Assembly: GCA_030770535.1 (NCBI GenBank)
Contig: JASVEC010000022.1
Span: forward strand, 248,001-312,000
DNA: 64,000 bases
Direction of reading: 5' to 3'
Source of the DNA: Batkoa obscura
Taxonomy: Eukaryota
Numbering within the stretch: position 1 is the stretch's first letter; each line of letters starts with the position of its first letter. Both the position numbers and the translations under genes were made by a program. Positions 24,832 through 38,498 of this stretch are shown here, piece after piece. A model generated the notes under the pieces. The model was given only the letters and a program-made list of their open reading frames with translations, had not been told where the DNA came from and made no database searches.

Positions 24832-26241
24832 TTAATCTTTAACTAGTAATGCGCCTGCGCATGGTGGAGCTGGATTGTTTCCTGGCCAGTCACAAATAGT
24901 ATTACCACCCGAAATAGCGCACACTGTTCCATTTGGACATGCTCTTACAACCCATTTACCAGCATCACAGTTGGCAAAATTCTTTCCATTACAGGCTACG
25001 CCACCATTACTACATGGCTGTCCAGCTACTGGACAAGTACCAGTTGGTAATGGGCCACTGGTGGAAGTACTTGAAGTTTTTGTAGTTGAAGTAGTAGTTG
25101 AAGTAGTAGTTGAAGTAGTAGTTGAAGTAGTACTTGAAGTGACAGGAGGCTTAGTTGTTGAATTAGTAGTAGAAGTAGAAGCTGTAGTAGAAGTGGTAGA
25201 AGTGGTAGAGGTGGTAGAAGTGGTAACTGGAGGACTTCCACAATTTCCAGTTTTGTTCAAAAAGTCTTTAATGATTTGACCATAAGTTTTACCACCAATG
25301 ACATTGTTTTCAGATTGGGAAGCGTCCCACATCATAACACCAGCAAAAGTGTTATTAGATTTTAAATCAGTAACAATCTTTTGTAAGCGATCAGTTGATA
25401 TGTAACCGGTCCCAGCTGCTGTTGGAGAGGCTGGTACACCGAGGATAAGTTTAATGTTCTTGTTAAAGGATTTGGTGTGTACCCAGTTATCCCAATCACC
25501 CCAATTCCAAGCCCATTGATTTCCATAGTTTTGTACACCACACCAATTATTATAAAATTGAATATTGATAAAGTCAATGTAAGAAGTTTCCATAATTGTT
25601 TGTAAGTTGCCATCAGGGAAAACACATTGTGGAGCAGCGGATACGTAATATTTTTTAGAGGGGTCACTTTTATAGTAAGTTTGAAGTTTACTCAAAAATA
25701 CATCATAGTAAGCTTGAGATCCACCTTCTAAATCTAAATCAATACCATCGACCTGGGCATCATCAAAAGGACGGAATTTATGGGTACCTTTCATGAACAT
25801 ATTCCAAATGGTATCAGCAAACTGGGAAGCAGCAGCTGATGAACCAAAACCTGTTCTGGCAATTGCACCTCCTAAACTTAAAATAACTTTCTTGCCTTTA
25901 GATTGACAGTACTTAATATCTTGACCAATCTTAGGACAATGTCTCAATTTGCTTGCTGCTGGATCAGTGAAAAAGTCTTCACAATGGCTAGAGAAATTAA
26001 TTTCTGGGAGATCAGTACCGGCATTAAAATTATTCAAAAATGACAAGTTAATCACATCCATATAGCCATCATCACAGTATTTGGCTAAGTCTTTCTCCCA
26101 AAGCTCTGGGTTATTTAAATGGGCACCACCATAACTATTTTGGCCCCAATAGAAGACTTGGTTATTATTGCAGTTCAAGTCGAAACCAAAGGTAATGGTA
26201 ATTAATGTAGAGAGTAAAGCTAAACTAGCAGTCTTAATCAT
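24832..26241 (-). CDS. Secreted GH18 class III chitinase with Ser/Thr linker and C-terminal CBM19-like domain
   Basis: Signal peptide, YWGQNS, SLGG, DGIDLDLEG (DxDxE), QFYNN, MMWD; Thr-rich linker; Cys-rich tail. Confidence 0.95.
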   Translation of the reverse strand: MIKTASLALLSTLITITFGFDLNCNNNQVFYWGQNSYGGAHLNNPELWEKDLAKYCDDGYMDVINLSFLNNFNAGTDLPEINFSSHCEDFFTDPAASKLRHCPKIGQDIKYCQSKGKKVILSLGGAIARTGFGSSAAASQFADTIWNMFMKGTHKFRPFDDAQVDGIDLDLEGGSQAYYDVFLSKLQTYYKSDPSKKYYVSAAPQCVFPDGNLQTIMETSYIDFINIQFYNNWCGVQNYGNQWAWNWGDWDNWVHTKSFNKNIKLILGVPASPTAAGTGYISTDRLQKIVTDLKSNNTFAGVMMWDASQSENNVIGGKTYGQIIKDFLNKTGNCGSPPVTTSTTSTTSTTSTTASTSTTNSTTKPPVTSSTTSTTTSTTTSTTTSTTKTSSTSTSGPLPTGTCPVAGQPCSNGGVACNGKNFANCDAGKWVVRACPNGTVCAISGGNTICDWPGNNPAPPCAGALLVKD

Positions 26242-26880
26242 ATTTATAAATATCGGTTTTTGATATTTTATTACGATTCCTTGAGTGGTTTATATACTTT
26301 TTTGATTTCGCGTATTATAAAGGACATTACCCTATTTATGGATAAAACTTAAGTATGACACTGCTAACAAATAACGAGATCCAGGAGCTAGTGTAGGATT
26401 GTCTTTTGACATATCATTTTTCGAATTTTAATAAATGGTTTAGTCATAAGATCTTTATGCTTTATGCTTTATGTGATAGTTCTAATATTATTTGCAGCTT
26501 GACTGTAATATCTTTTATTCTGTGTATTAATTAAAATCACTTGTTTTTATTATTATCATAAGGATTTAAATAAAATCGCAATTACTCCCTTTATAGAAAT
26601 AATAATATAAATTTGGTGAATGTTGATGGTGAGTTTAAACCTTATATTTAATTTAATTTAATTACACGCCTGAACCTATTGTTTATTTAATATCAATACG
26701 GGTAAACATACTAATGAAGCCTAGTTTTATTTTATAAAGTATAGAATAAATCTTATTGTACCTTAAAACATTAAAAAGGCAAATCATTAAATTGAACTTA
26801 AATTTAAAGGAGAAGCAAATAGACTTATAATTAGATTGGTATGGCATTTGACTTGAGGTTATGTAAAAAAAACTATATTT

Positions 26881-26979
26881 GGGGATGTATTTTTTTATTT
26901 AAGAATTTTACTAACAATTTTTCCGCTTAAATAGCGCTTAAAAAATGGAAAAAATAATGAAACCAAAAAAAACATCCTC
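26881..26979 (+). mobile_element. MITE copy
   Basis: GGGGATGTA...CATCCTC, TSD ATTT/ATTT. Confidence 0.9.
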
Positions 26980-28194
26980 ATTTATCCTACTTAAGTAAAC
27001 TTTATTCTGTATCCATTCTTTTTATTGACCTTCGTTTTATCATTAGTTCATAATGTTACTCTTTTATTTAAATATAAAATAAATTATATTTAGCAGTAGA
27101 AAAACTTAGTATTTGATACATAATGTAAAATTTCACACAAGCTTGAATTATAAAAAAAATTTTTTTAATATTTAAATTATTTTATTAAATATATAAAAGT
27201 TAGTTTTATGATGATTAAAATACAATTTTAAAATAATTTGAAAATTTCGATTATGGTAAAAGCTTTAATAATATTTATACTAGTAGTTTATTTAAAATTA
27301 CTTATTTTATATATAAAAATTAAATGTGAATACTTTATTTTTAAATTAAATAATTATGCGATTATAAATCCTTCAATTGTTAGATTAAATAGCACTGACA
27401 AGAAAAGAGCATTAAAAATACAATAAAAGTAGTATTACTATCAACTATTTGATGGCGATACTTTATCATCAGTATTCCATAGATAAAATATATAATACTA
27501 AAGTAACAATTGTTTGCTACCTTCCTACATATTGAAAGTAACTAATCAAGTTAAATCTAATTGTGTTTACCCTCAATTTTGTTGAAAACAAATCCAAAAT
27601 AAGGATATTTGAGCAAATAAAGCCCAGTGTTTAGTATAGAGCTATAGACCTTTCAATTAATATAATCTTTACATGTTATATTATCTACTAATGTCATTTC
27701 TTCATCCTTTATTAATTAAAACAAGATACTAGCGATTTAAATTTAGGGATTTCTTAAATAATGTGTTAAGCATTTAACTTTTACAATCTTGTGTAAAACG
27801 ATACATAAAAAGTCTTACTATATTGTAGTCACTATAACTTTTAAGCCTTTTGGGTATAAAAAATAGCTTAATTGACATAGTTTAACATGTATAAAAGTCT
27901 ATTATATTTTATTACTATATTTTATAAAATGAAAATTTTATTTTGACTTATCACATTATTTTAAGCCTATTACATAATATAAGACAATGTGTATAAATAC
28001 TTACTTTTTCTCTTTTTAAATTCCATTTGAATATACGATAAATTATAACTCTCAAACTTTAGTTTATATCTACCGCATCCCGTAGCAGAGCTTTTATAAA
28101 CAAACATACTTTTATAACATTATTAATAGTTTTCCTCTTTGACACTCAAATTCCTTTATACTATAGAACAGCGGGGTCGTTGTATTTTTTATTA

Positions 28195-28901
28195 ATGTTT
28201 TTTCCTTTATTTTTTCAATCTACCATTGATATTACTATAACTTGCATCATTGCCAGTTATAGCTTTTATAAAACTTGGGATCAGATTTCAAGAGAGAATA
28301 TCCCTCATCAGGGGTGTTTTTCAAACATTGATTCTGGGAATGTACTTTTATTGTTATTGTTATTATTATTAACTTATACTACTAAACAAGTATTAGGTAG
28401 GTGATATAGAAGAAAATTCGCTTCTAGTGGATGAAAGTAGTATAAAGAGTCAAAATATAAAAGATGTAATTATTTCAATTAGTATTAGCGCTATAATTTA
28501 AACGAATTATTTAGGTTTATACAAAACAAAAAGAAGAGTTAAAGAAAGGAGAGTTTAAATTGAAATTGATGAAAAAAGTAGCACTATTTGAAATGAAAGC
28601 GCTTAACCTAGATGATTTGGTGGTAGAGATGTCTCAATTCAATATTCCAAAGAAAGAAGATGGGATAATCAACTGTAAAGATGTACTGATTAATAAAAAA
28701 GAAAAAGTGTATGAGATGCTAATGGAAATTAAAAAGCTAAAAGAGAAGTTAAATAACGAGAAGATTGAGGTAGAAAATATCAAAAAAACTATACTTCAAA
28801 TTGAAGATGCAGACAATTTAAGAAGGAATAAAGAGATCAAAGAAAATGGAAAAAAAGTAGATGAAATGTTAAATGATATCGAAAAGAAAAGGAAGGCTTG
28901 A
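28195..28901 (+). CDS. Membrane-anchor plus coiled-coil family gene A; exons 28195-28341, 28397-28465, 28515-28901
   Basis: Two phase-0 GT-AG introns give a continuous ORF; hydrophobic N-terminus, E/K-rich C-terminus. Confidence 0.7.
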
Positions 28902-29168
28902 AAGAATGCAATAAAAATTGAATTAATCATGTATTTATAATTTTTAGCTTTATTTTATTAAATATGATTTAGTTTTATATACTATCAGATAATTAAAGGA
29001 ACTTAATAGCTTCATAAAAACCAAAAGGAGTCTAAGTTTTGTTGATAAATTTTAAACAACAGCCCAAAAATTCTACTTTCCTTATTGGTTTCTTCAATTT
29101 CATCAATAAGTGTGACTATTTAAAATGCAAATTCTTTCAACTCTCATTTTTTATTTATCTTTCAAACA

Positions 29169-29891
29169 ATGTTTCAATTACTTTTTCTCGCTTTACCAGT
29201 TGCTTTTGCTGCAGCTATTATGCGAGGAACTGTTCATGTCTCTTATGATAAGAGAAAAAAAGAGCAGCAGTGTCCTCGATATGAAAAATTTCGCCAGGAG
29301 TCTTCAGCAAATGTTGGGAGTGACGACGTAAGCTTGTTATTTATATGGATTTTTTTTTGTTAAAAGATATTAGGCTAATGACAGTGAAAGCAAAAACAAT
29401 AAAGAAAACTCAATTGAAAAAGAATTGAGAGAGAATATTAAAAACGTAAGACTCATAAAAAAAGTATTTTTGAAATTTTTAACATTATACAGGAATATAC
29501 TAGAAAATTACAAGAGTTATTTGAAAGAAAGGATGCATTGGTAGATGTGGAATTAAAAACCAAATGGGAATTGGAGGATTTGGAGATGGAAGATACCTCA
29601 GACGTTGTTTCGCGAGTAGATACGCTAAAAAAACAAAATGAATTTAAATGTAAGGGAGAAGAGTTGTATTCGGCATATAAAGGAATTCGAAATGAAAAGG
29701 AAAAGGTGGAAAAAGAAATAATCTATTTACAAGAGAGGGAGAAACAGCTTATAAAAGAAATTGAACAAGAAGCTTCATTTCAAAAAGAAGAATTGGAGCT
29801 TTTAAGAAGAGAAAAAGAAATCAAGGACAGAAAAGAAAGATTGCAAGATATGCTGAACGATATTGAGAAGAAAAAAGAAGCTCTAAAATGA
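29169..29891 (+). CDS. Membrane-anchor plus coiled-coil family gene B; exons 29169-29327, 29374-29445, 29493-29891
   Basis: GTAAG donors, phase-0 introns, ends in MLNDIEKKKEALK. Confidence 0.75.
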
Positions 29892-30274
29892 TATGATAAA
29901 AGTTGGCCTTATTTTATAATTTTATTTCTTTTAAATCATGATTTTTATATATGTAGGCTATAGTATTTTAATAATTAACTATTTACTTTGAACATTGTTA
30001 GCAATAGCTGAGGGTAGCCATCCATGGCCTTAAATACATTACTTTTCAAGTCAAACTATTATATATAAATAAACTACTATGTCGGCTTTATTAAAATTTT
30101 AAATTATCCAATCTCATCTCTTTAATCTATTAAAACAGAAAAGTATAAACTAAAATTAAATTCCAACCATTGGCTGTTTTAATCCAAACCTTAAACGTGA
30201 CTACTTAAAATATAAAAAATTATTTTTATTTTCTATTTTTTATTTTTTACATTTTATTTTTTAGCATTTGCAAC

Positions 30275-30836
30275 ATGGTTTATCCTATAGTTTATCGTCT
30301 AGGAATCAGTTTAGTTATAAGCTGTGTAGCAGCAGCTACCTATTTTATATATCAAAAAAATCACGAAGAGCAAATCTATGAAACACCTTGCCAAAATCCT
30401 TCTTCAAGTGGCCAATGGGAGGATGTAAGTTTATTAATCTGATTTAATCTGTCTTATTAAATAATTACAGGATCAACTCAACGAAAGAGAAAGACCAACA
30501 GAGAAAGAAGGAAATGTATTAAGAAAACGAAATGGAAAGAGTGGGCTTGGTGGAAAAGATGAGATTGAAAATCAAAAAAGAAGAAATGTAGAGCTTTTTT
30601 AAATAGATTAGTTTTATCTTTAATAACTTATTTAGGATTATATTAAACGAAAGGAAGATTTGGAGCAAGAGGATATTGAGTTGAAAGAAATGGAAGGTGA
30701 AGCTATCTCCCAATTAGAAGAATTAGAAATTTTGAAAAAAGAAAAGGAGATAAAGGAGAGAAAAGAAAGGTTGGAGGCAATGTTAATTGATATTCAAAAG
30801 CAAAAGGAGGCATTGGAGGAGTATAATATGAATTAA
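30275..30836 (+). CDS. Membrane-anchor plus coiled-coil family gene C; exons 30275-30424, 30471-30587, 30636-30836
   Basis: Not in the ORF track; spliced product MVYPIVYRLGISLVISCVAAATYFIY...EKEIKERKERLEAMLIDIQKQKEALEEYNMN. Confidence 0.75.
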
Positions 30837-31085
30837 AATATTTTTAATAATTTATTTTTTTTAGTTTCAGAATTTTAGTATTAAATTTTTATGTAAAATT
30901 ATTAAAATAACATTATGATTTTTTTGCTATTATCAAATAAAATAACAAAAGTATTTGGAATTCTAATTCAAGAATCTACTCCATTCATTGGCTACTTTAA
31001 TTCCAAACTAAAAGTGTGACTGTTTAGAATTGCTTACTTTTTTATTTTTTTATTTTTTTATTTTTTTATTTCTTCAAATCAAATA

Positions 31086-31673
31086 ATGGCTTACCCACTA
31101 GTAATTTGTTTTGGATTAGGAGGTGCATTAGGATGTGCTTATGGAGGTTATGTAGTTTACAAAATACTTTCAAATCAATATCAATATCATCATCGTGAAC
31201 AACCACACCAGAACCATACTTCAAGTACTAAAAAGGATGACGTAAGTTTATTGATATAAAATTAAGCTTTCTTTAAATAATTATTGTTTAGGAGGACGAT
31301 AAAGAAAGAAGAGAATTCCTTGAGCAAGAAAAAGAACTGAGAAGTCGAAATGGAAGCAGCGAATTTATAAAACAGGATGACGAAATGAGAAATCGAAGCA
31401 AAGGGAGTGTAAATTTATTTTTAAAGTAAAATTGCAGTTAAATCAAATGAGTTTATTTAGAATTATTTTAAACGAAAGGAAGAGTTGAATAAAGAAGAGA
31501 TCGAATTGCAAGAAATGGAGAGAAAGTTGAGATTGAAATTGAATGAGTTGGAAAAGTTAGAAAGAGGAAAAAATACCAAGGCTATACAAATCAATGGAAA
31601 CGAAATAAATATATTAAGTTACACTGAAGAACAGAAGAAAGCTATGAAAAAGTATAATACCAGACAAAACTAA
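31086..31673 (+). CDS. Membrane-anchor plus coiled-coil family gene D; exons 31086-31241, 31292-31408, 31461-31673
   Basis: MAYPLVICFGLGGALGCAYGGYVVYK N-terminus; exon 2 is 117 nt as in gene C. Confidence 0.75.
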
Positions 31674-32755
31674 GTACATGATTAAATTTTTTAAGCACAT
31701 ACCATGTTAAAAAATTAAAGCTTTTAGTATTATGTAATAATTAATATTATATTTTAAATAAAGTTTAAATTGGCTAAAAATAAGATAAACTATATGTTTT
31801 AGTTGTCAATTCTAAGAGTTACTTGGTATTAGTTATAATCAATGGTATTTTTTATTGAAGTTTTTTGTTTTAGATATTTGTAATAAAGTAAGGAGTACTT
31901 TGTTTTCAAAATTTATATAAATTTGAACATCTTGTTTAACATAAAACTTATGACAGTAATTCTTACTATTTAAAATAGTATAAATATAATAAACACAAAT
32001 ATAAGAAAGCTTTATTGTTAAAAAACATGATAGTTAAATAATTATTTTTAACAAATATTTCTCATTTAACAATTTTATAAAGATTTGACTGCCATTATTC
32101 TTTATCATAATAAAAGTCCAAATTACTTTTGAATATGAGATTATAAAAATAAAAATTTAATTTTTAAATAGATTAGACTATAATATTTAAAATAGTAGTA
32201 GACAGTAGTTATAGTTAAATTTTTTAAAACATATCAGGGAAATTATTTAATGTAATATATCGCACTACCCTCGCTTACGAATACAATTTATAAAACTTTA
32301 AAGTCAATATCTTAATAGCAAGAATATAAGGACAAGATAGTAATTATAAGTAAAGTTCCCATTTCGCTTATGGTTTAAACAAGTAAAATTCTTATAGCTT
32401 ATGTCAAATCTTACAATGAAAAAAGTGATAGTTTTTATTGTGGTTTACTTTAAATTACAATTTTTGTAATATACCAAAACTGGAAAAAGATCCGAACCTT
32501 AAGTTAATACTTAACCAAATTAGCTATACAAAGATTTTATAATTAAAATAAAAGTTGTATTACTAATACAATTGTATCATTAACCCTTCTTTCATATAGT
32601 CAATTTATATTTACCATTTTTTATAGGTAAAAGAGTATTACTAATTGATAAAATAGATCAAACTAAAAAAGCAACACATCACAGTAAATATTAATGATGA
32701 AGCTAATAAAAAAGCACATAAAAAGGCATAATTTTTAATAAAATCAATCAAAACA

Positions 32756-33677
32756 ATGAATAATATTCAAAAAGACAACTAGGAAAAAACGGTCCATTAA
32801 TTAGTGGCATTGGACTTGGATGTATGGATATGTTAATTGCTTTGGAGAACCAGGAACGGATGAAGAAAATTATAAAGTATTAAATCGAGCTTTAGATTTA
32901 GGTTGTGGTTTATGCGATATAGCAGCAATACCAACAATATTTTATGTTAATAAACGTTTATTAATAATTTTAGGATGTTTATGGAATTGGAGAAAATGAA
33001 TTATTATTGTCTAAAATTTTAAGCAAAAGAAGAATATATGAGGGTGTTTTTTTTGGTTTCATTATTTTTTCCATTTTTTAAGCGCTATTTGGGTGGAAAA
33101 ATTGTTAGTAAAATTCTTAAACAAAAAAATACATCCCCATATATATTTATGTACCAAGTTTGGATTAGTTAAGAGCCCAGATTTATTTAATTCTATTATT
33201 CGTGGTTATAAACAATATCTCAAATCAAGCTTGTGATGCTAGTTTAAAACGTTTAGGAATCAAAACAATTGATTTATATTATCAACATAGAGTGGATTCT
33301 AATACGTATAGTTTTTAAATATTTATTTCATTATATTCTAATATAATTTATAGTCCAATTGAGGAAACTGTTGAAGCTATGGGTGAATTGGTTAAAGAGG
33401 ATAAAACAAAATACTTAATTTTATCAGAATGTAGTGCAGATGAGTTAAGACCACATAAAATTCGCCCAATCATTACAGCACAAGTTGAATACAGGTACTA
33501 TTTGTTTTGCACCTGTATTAAAAATTTTAATATTTTTAAAGCCCTTAGGACATTGAAATTGAAAAAAAATGGTCTATTAGATACATGTAGAGAATTATGA
33601 GTAGTTATTATAGTTTATTCACCATTAGCCCGAGAATTTTCAACTGGAAAGTTAGACGTAAAATCGCTTAGTGATAT
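32756..33677 (+). pseudogene. Aldo-keto reductase pseudogene, interrupted and truncated by MITEs
   Basis: [36 protein letters not shown] and SECS motifs with frameshifts and stops. Confidence 0.85.
33040..33138 (-). mobile_element. MITE copy inside an AKR pseudogene exon
   Basis: GAGGGTGTT...CATCCCC, TSD ATAT/ATAT. Confidence 0.9.
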
Positions 33678-33775
33678 GGAGATGTATTTCTTTGTTTAAG
33701 AACTTTACTAACAATCTTTCTGCTAAAATAGCGCTTAAGAAAGGTAAAAAATAATGAAGCCAAAAAAACACCCTC
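33678..33775 (+). mobile_element. MITE copy at the pseudogene truncation point
   Basis: GGAGATGTA...CACCCTC, flanks ATAT/ATTT. Confidence 0.87.
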
Positions 33776-33802
33776 ATTTTATTAGACATCAGTTAAATTT
33801 CA

Positions 33803-34950
33803 TTATATATTAACTTCTTTTAAACTTTCTATTGGTAGCCTCTCTCCTTTAACCCCAACCTTATTAACTATAGATCTGACCTCACCATCTAAACTATCTG
33901 GAAATTGTACTTTTAAAGTATCAAAATTATCTTCTAAATGAGCAATTGATGAAGCACCTGGTATAGGAATAAAATCATCCCCCTATTTGAAATTAGTATA
34001 AAAATAGGACTAAATGCTTAATAATTACCTGTTTTAAAATCCAACCAATACAAAGTTGGGCTAATGAGCAATTGTATTTTGAAGCTAGTTTTTCCAATTC
34101 AGTAACAATCATCAAATTGTGAGACATATTATCACCCTGGAACCTAGGAATACATTCTAATCCTGAGCCATCTAAAGTATCAGGGTTGATTTTTCTATTT
34201 AAAAAACCTCTACCCATAGGAGAATAAGCTACAATACTAATTCCTAATTCTTTACATGTATCTAGCAATTCATTGGTTTCGATACTGGTTTCCATCAAAC
34301 TTGTTTTTTATTAGACCTTTGTTTGATTCTCAAATGTAACTTGCATTACCTGTATTCAACTTGTACTGCAGCGATAGGGTGAACTTTATGTGCCCTTCTT
34401 AAAGTTTTCGCACTACATTCTGATATTCCTAAGTATTTTATTTTTCCTTCTTTTACTAATTCAGCCATAGCTCCAACTGTTTCTTCAATTGGGCTATAAA
34501 GTTAGATTAGAATAAAATAGGAAAAATAAAAATAAATAACTTTTACACATTAGGGTCCACTCTGTGAATATAATATAAATCAATATAATCAATTTGTAGT
34601 CTATCTAAGCTATTTAAACAACATTCACGTACATATTCTTTAGTACCACAAGGTGGCATAAGTTTAGTTATTAGATCATATTTCACCCCAAATTTACTAC
34701 ATAAAAATACTTCATTCCTTCTCTCTTTTAATACTTTAGAAATCAATTTTTCATTTTCTCCAAGTCCATAAATATCAGAAGTATCGAAAAAATTACAACC
34801 AAGATCAATTGCTCGATTTAATACTTGTAATTTTTCTTTTTCATTAACTAATGTGTTATCTTTAATACTTAATCCCATACAACCTAAACCTATACTACTA
34901 ATCAAAGGTCTATTATTTCTTAAATTCCTTTTGATATCAAATAAAGTCAT
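33803..34950 (-). CDS. Aldo-keto reductase (YakC/AKR13-like), 4 exons
   Basis: [36 protein letters not shown] and PIPG motifs; three GT-AG introns restore the frame. Confidence 0.9.
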
Positions 34951-35601
34951 TTTTTATTTTCTAATAGTGGAATATGATTTTAATACCTTTATATACTCAA
35001 TTTGTCTATATATTTCGTTAAAATTATTACCCAAATACTATTTTTAGTTGACTATGAAATCACATTTTTGAAAATTTTCTTAAATAAATTCGGAGTATTG
35101 TTTTACAGATGTACAATTTTAGATTTAAAGTTATTGATTTTAATAGTTTAAAAAAATAGTTAATATGAGTACAACCATAAGATCAATTGAATAATGGATG
35201 GGTCGGGAATTAAAATAAAGATTACTTAAATGCCTAGAAACATTATTAATATTCTTTTTTTTAAGGTTCAGAAAATCAGTATTTAACTATTCATATAGTT
35301 AGTATAAACTTAAAATGTTAATTGAAAAGAAAGTGGGATTATTTTATAATCAGTTGAATAAAATGATGTTACAAACTATAGTAGCTTCAATATTATCTAT
35401 ACTAGATACAGCTCTTCAAAACTAGTATGCAATAAAAATCTATTTAAATTTAAAGAATATTCTATTTAAGATAAAATAAATACTTATATTCTAGTTTCAT
35501 TTTAATATTTAGTATTGAAATAAAATACTTGAAAATTTTAATTAAATATGTTCATTACTAGAATTATAAAACACTTTTATTGTAAAATTAAAATAGAATT
35601 A

Positions 35602-37154
35602 TTATTTTTTAAGGGGAAAGAAAGAAGCTTTAATTTTACCTGCTGACATAATATAGTCGTCCAATTTATCAATACCATCGTTGCCATACCAGAATAATCT
35701 CCATTGAGTACCTTTTAATATCATATTACCATCAGATCTCTCAAAATACCATTTGTTAACTTTATTATTAATATGAGATCGCCACATTAAATTGGGACAA
35801 TATTCTTTTAATTTTTGCCACAAAACATCGGCTACACCAATACCTTGATCCTTGGGATCCACTGCAAATTTATCTAAATAACATGTACTTTCACCTTCAT
35901 TTGTTAATATAGCTACTCCTTGATAATCTCCAGCAATTAAAATATGATTTAATTGATTATTTAATCGTTTAAAATAATTATCAATATCTAATTCTTTATG
36001 AAATGAATTTTGTAATAATTGAATTAATTTCTTTCTATCTACTTGATCTAAATTAGAATAATTTTTTACTTTTAATCCATATCTTAATACTGTATATCCT
36101 TCTTTATCATCAATACTATCTTTTAAAGATGGAGAAGAGTAAGGTTTATCTGTAATTATATTGTTAATAACTCTTTTAATATTTACTGAAGAAGCTACAA
36201 CAGCAGAGGTAGTAGCTGGTAAATAAGCTAAACTTGAATAAGCTAAATCTAAATCTCTTTTCCATAATGGAGCTTGATTTCCTTTCCAAATATTACTATT
36301 AGTAACTAAAGTATTTAATTGTTGTTGTAAATTAATAAAAGGATAAATTTTATTTTCTTCATTTGGTATCCCACCACGAGAATTAATAATTAATACTTTA
36401 TGTACATCTGCTTTACGATTATGTATCATTACAGGTTCATCTGAATAACGAGAGAAACATTTTGATAAAGCCATTAATGTATAATCTGATTTAGTTACTA
36501 ATTGTTGACAATTAGAATTCATATATAATGGTAATATAATTGGAATATTATTATTATTTTGATTAAAACATGAAATTATTGGATTAATATCAATTTTTAA
36601 TCGCATATTATCCGAACCTTCCATTAAGCCATTACTAATTAATCGACTTTTAATATTATATTTATTCATCATTTGTATTAAACTTAATCCATCATTTATC
36701 TTTTGTTTTCTATTATTAATTTGCCATTCTAAATTATCTAATACAATCATAGGTTGCATACCTAATTTTTGTATATAAACTAAAGTTTTCATGACTTGTT
36801 CTAAATCTTCAAAATTCATAGGTAAACTCAAATGTACTAATATTATTGGGAATTTCTTTTCCTTTATATTAACTATATTTTTATCCATTTTATTTAAATA
36901 TGATATCGCTTCTCTTTGACTAGGTTTACTTTCTAATACATTAAATATAAATTCTTTTTCATCTTTTAAATTGTCTATACTATTCATTAACTTGACTTGT
37001 TGAGTTATTTGAGATTTAAATATTCTAAAAATCAATGTATATTAATATTACTCATAGAAACATATTATTATAAAACAACTTACTGATTGACGATACATTT
37101 ACTAGAAAATCCCTTCCTTAAATTCAATTTTAATAAATTATTTTTATATGACAT
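35602..37154 (-). CDS. ARG2: Mitochondrial N-acetylglutamate synthase (ARG2-type); exons 37154-37084 and 37024-35602
   Basis: GGIP and INL motifs, IITDKPYSSPSL, C-terminal DUF619/NAT domain (YLDKFAV, KWYFERSDG, LFWYG); short first exon with GTAAGT donor encoding a basic presequence. Confidence 0.88.
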
Positions 37155-38498
37155 CTTTTATAAATAGAATCCTAATAAATAAATGATAAAAAAAAAAGAA
37201 ATTAATTGAATTTTTAATTTTATAATTCACAGTCACCCTTCCCCTATTTATATTCTTTTTAAATCTAATGATTTTGAATCACTATGAGTAACCTAATAAA
37301 ATTTTAAAAAATAAAATTAACCTCAATTTAATGCTATTTAAGCTCCACCATAAAATGGAATATTTTTCTTATCTACTACAAATCAAATCCACACATTCTC
37401 TCTTTCTATTCGTCTCAGTTTAAAATGACCCTGTTTTGAGTTGATCAGATTGTATTAACTTTAATCTATCAAAAAGATTAATTGTTCAACTTTCAAGGGT
37501 AAAAGAAAAGTATAATTAATACAGTTATTGCAACTCTATTATGACTTTTTTAGTGATAGTTTTTATTATAGTAATCAATTATATAGTCAATTTATATTAT
37601 CCTAATCCTTTATTTTTAATTGAATTATAATGTAAGTTTTTTTCTTAAATCAGTAGTTAACTAGGTCACAAAAGAGTTGTAACAATATTAAACAACTTAA
37701 AATTAATTGTAAAAAGCGACTAATATTTTTGGCTTAATGATAAGTTGGATGGCTTAAAAGTATGACAAAGCCTTAAATTAAATTTAAAGAATTGGAATTG
37801 AATAGCCACATAAATGAAATATTCAAATGAAAATGATATAAATGCTCAATTCTTGATTAATCTGACATCAGCTTAATATCATATCAGCTTAATCATATTT
37901 CATTACAATTACATGTAATATTCTCTAAGCTTTGGCTTCTTTTGAATTAGTTACTTTTATTCCAACTATTATTAACTATACAATTTATGTTCAAGTTCAA
38001 GATTGTTTCTAAATTAAGGTAATAAAAAACATTTGTTTAGGATAATTTTGAGCTTAAAGACAATGAAAGTTTATTTAAAAACATTAAAAAACTCGTTGAA
38101 AAAGTAAGTGATTTTTATTTCAAGATTTTATAAAATAGATTCTAGAAAAGAGAACAAATCACTATAATCAATAAAATTTTATTTAACTTTGTTTCAATTG
38201 AATAAATCTTCAAAACATTAATGTTGGTATGAGAGAGGGGTACATAAAATTAAGTGTAAAAAAAATTCAGAGCTATTAGTTAACTTTTCACACTTTAAGT
38301 TCATAATTAAGCATTTCATTATCATTTACTCCTTTTCAATTACCTATTTATTGAATCATTTACTTGATAAACGATCTGTAAAAATAAGCCTAATTTAAGC
38401 CTAAACTGATCGAATTTTAATAATAGGGGTTGAACTTCAATATAAGAAAATTTTCAATATATTAGCTTATGGCTTCAACTTACAATTAAAATCGATTT

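Noticed and set aside
24875..25667. Overlapping ORFs in the chitinase
   Set aside because: Alternative-frame products of the Thr-rich repeat and coding bias
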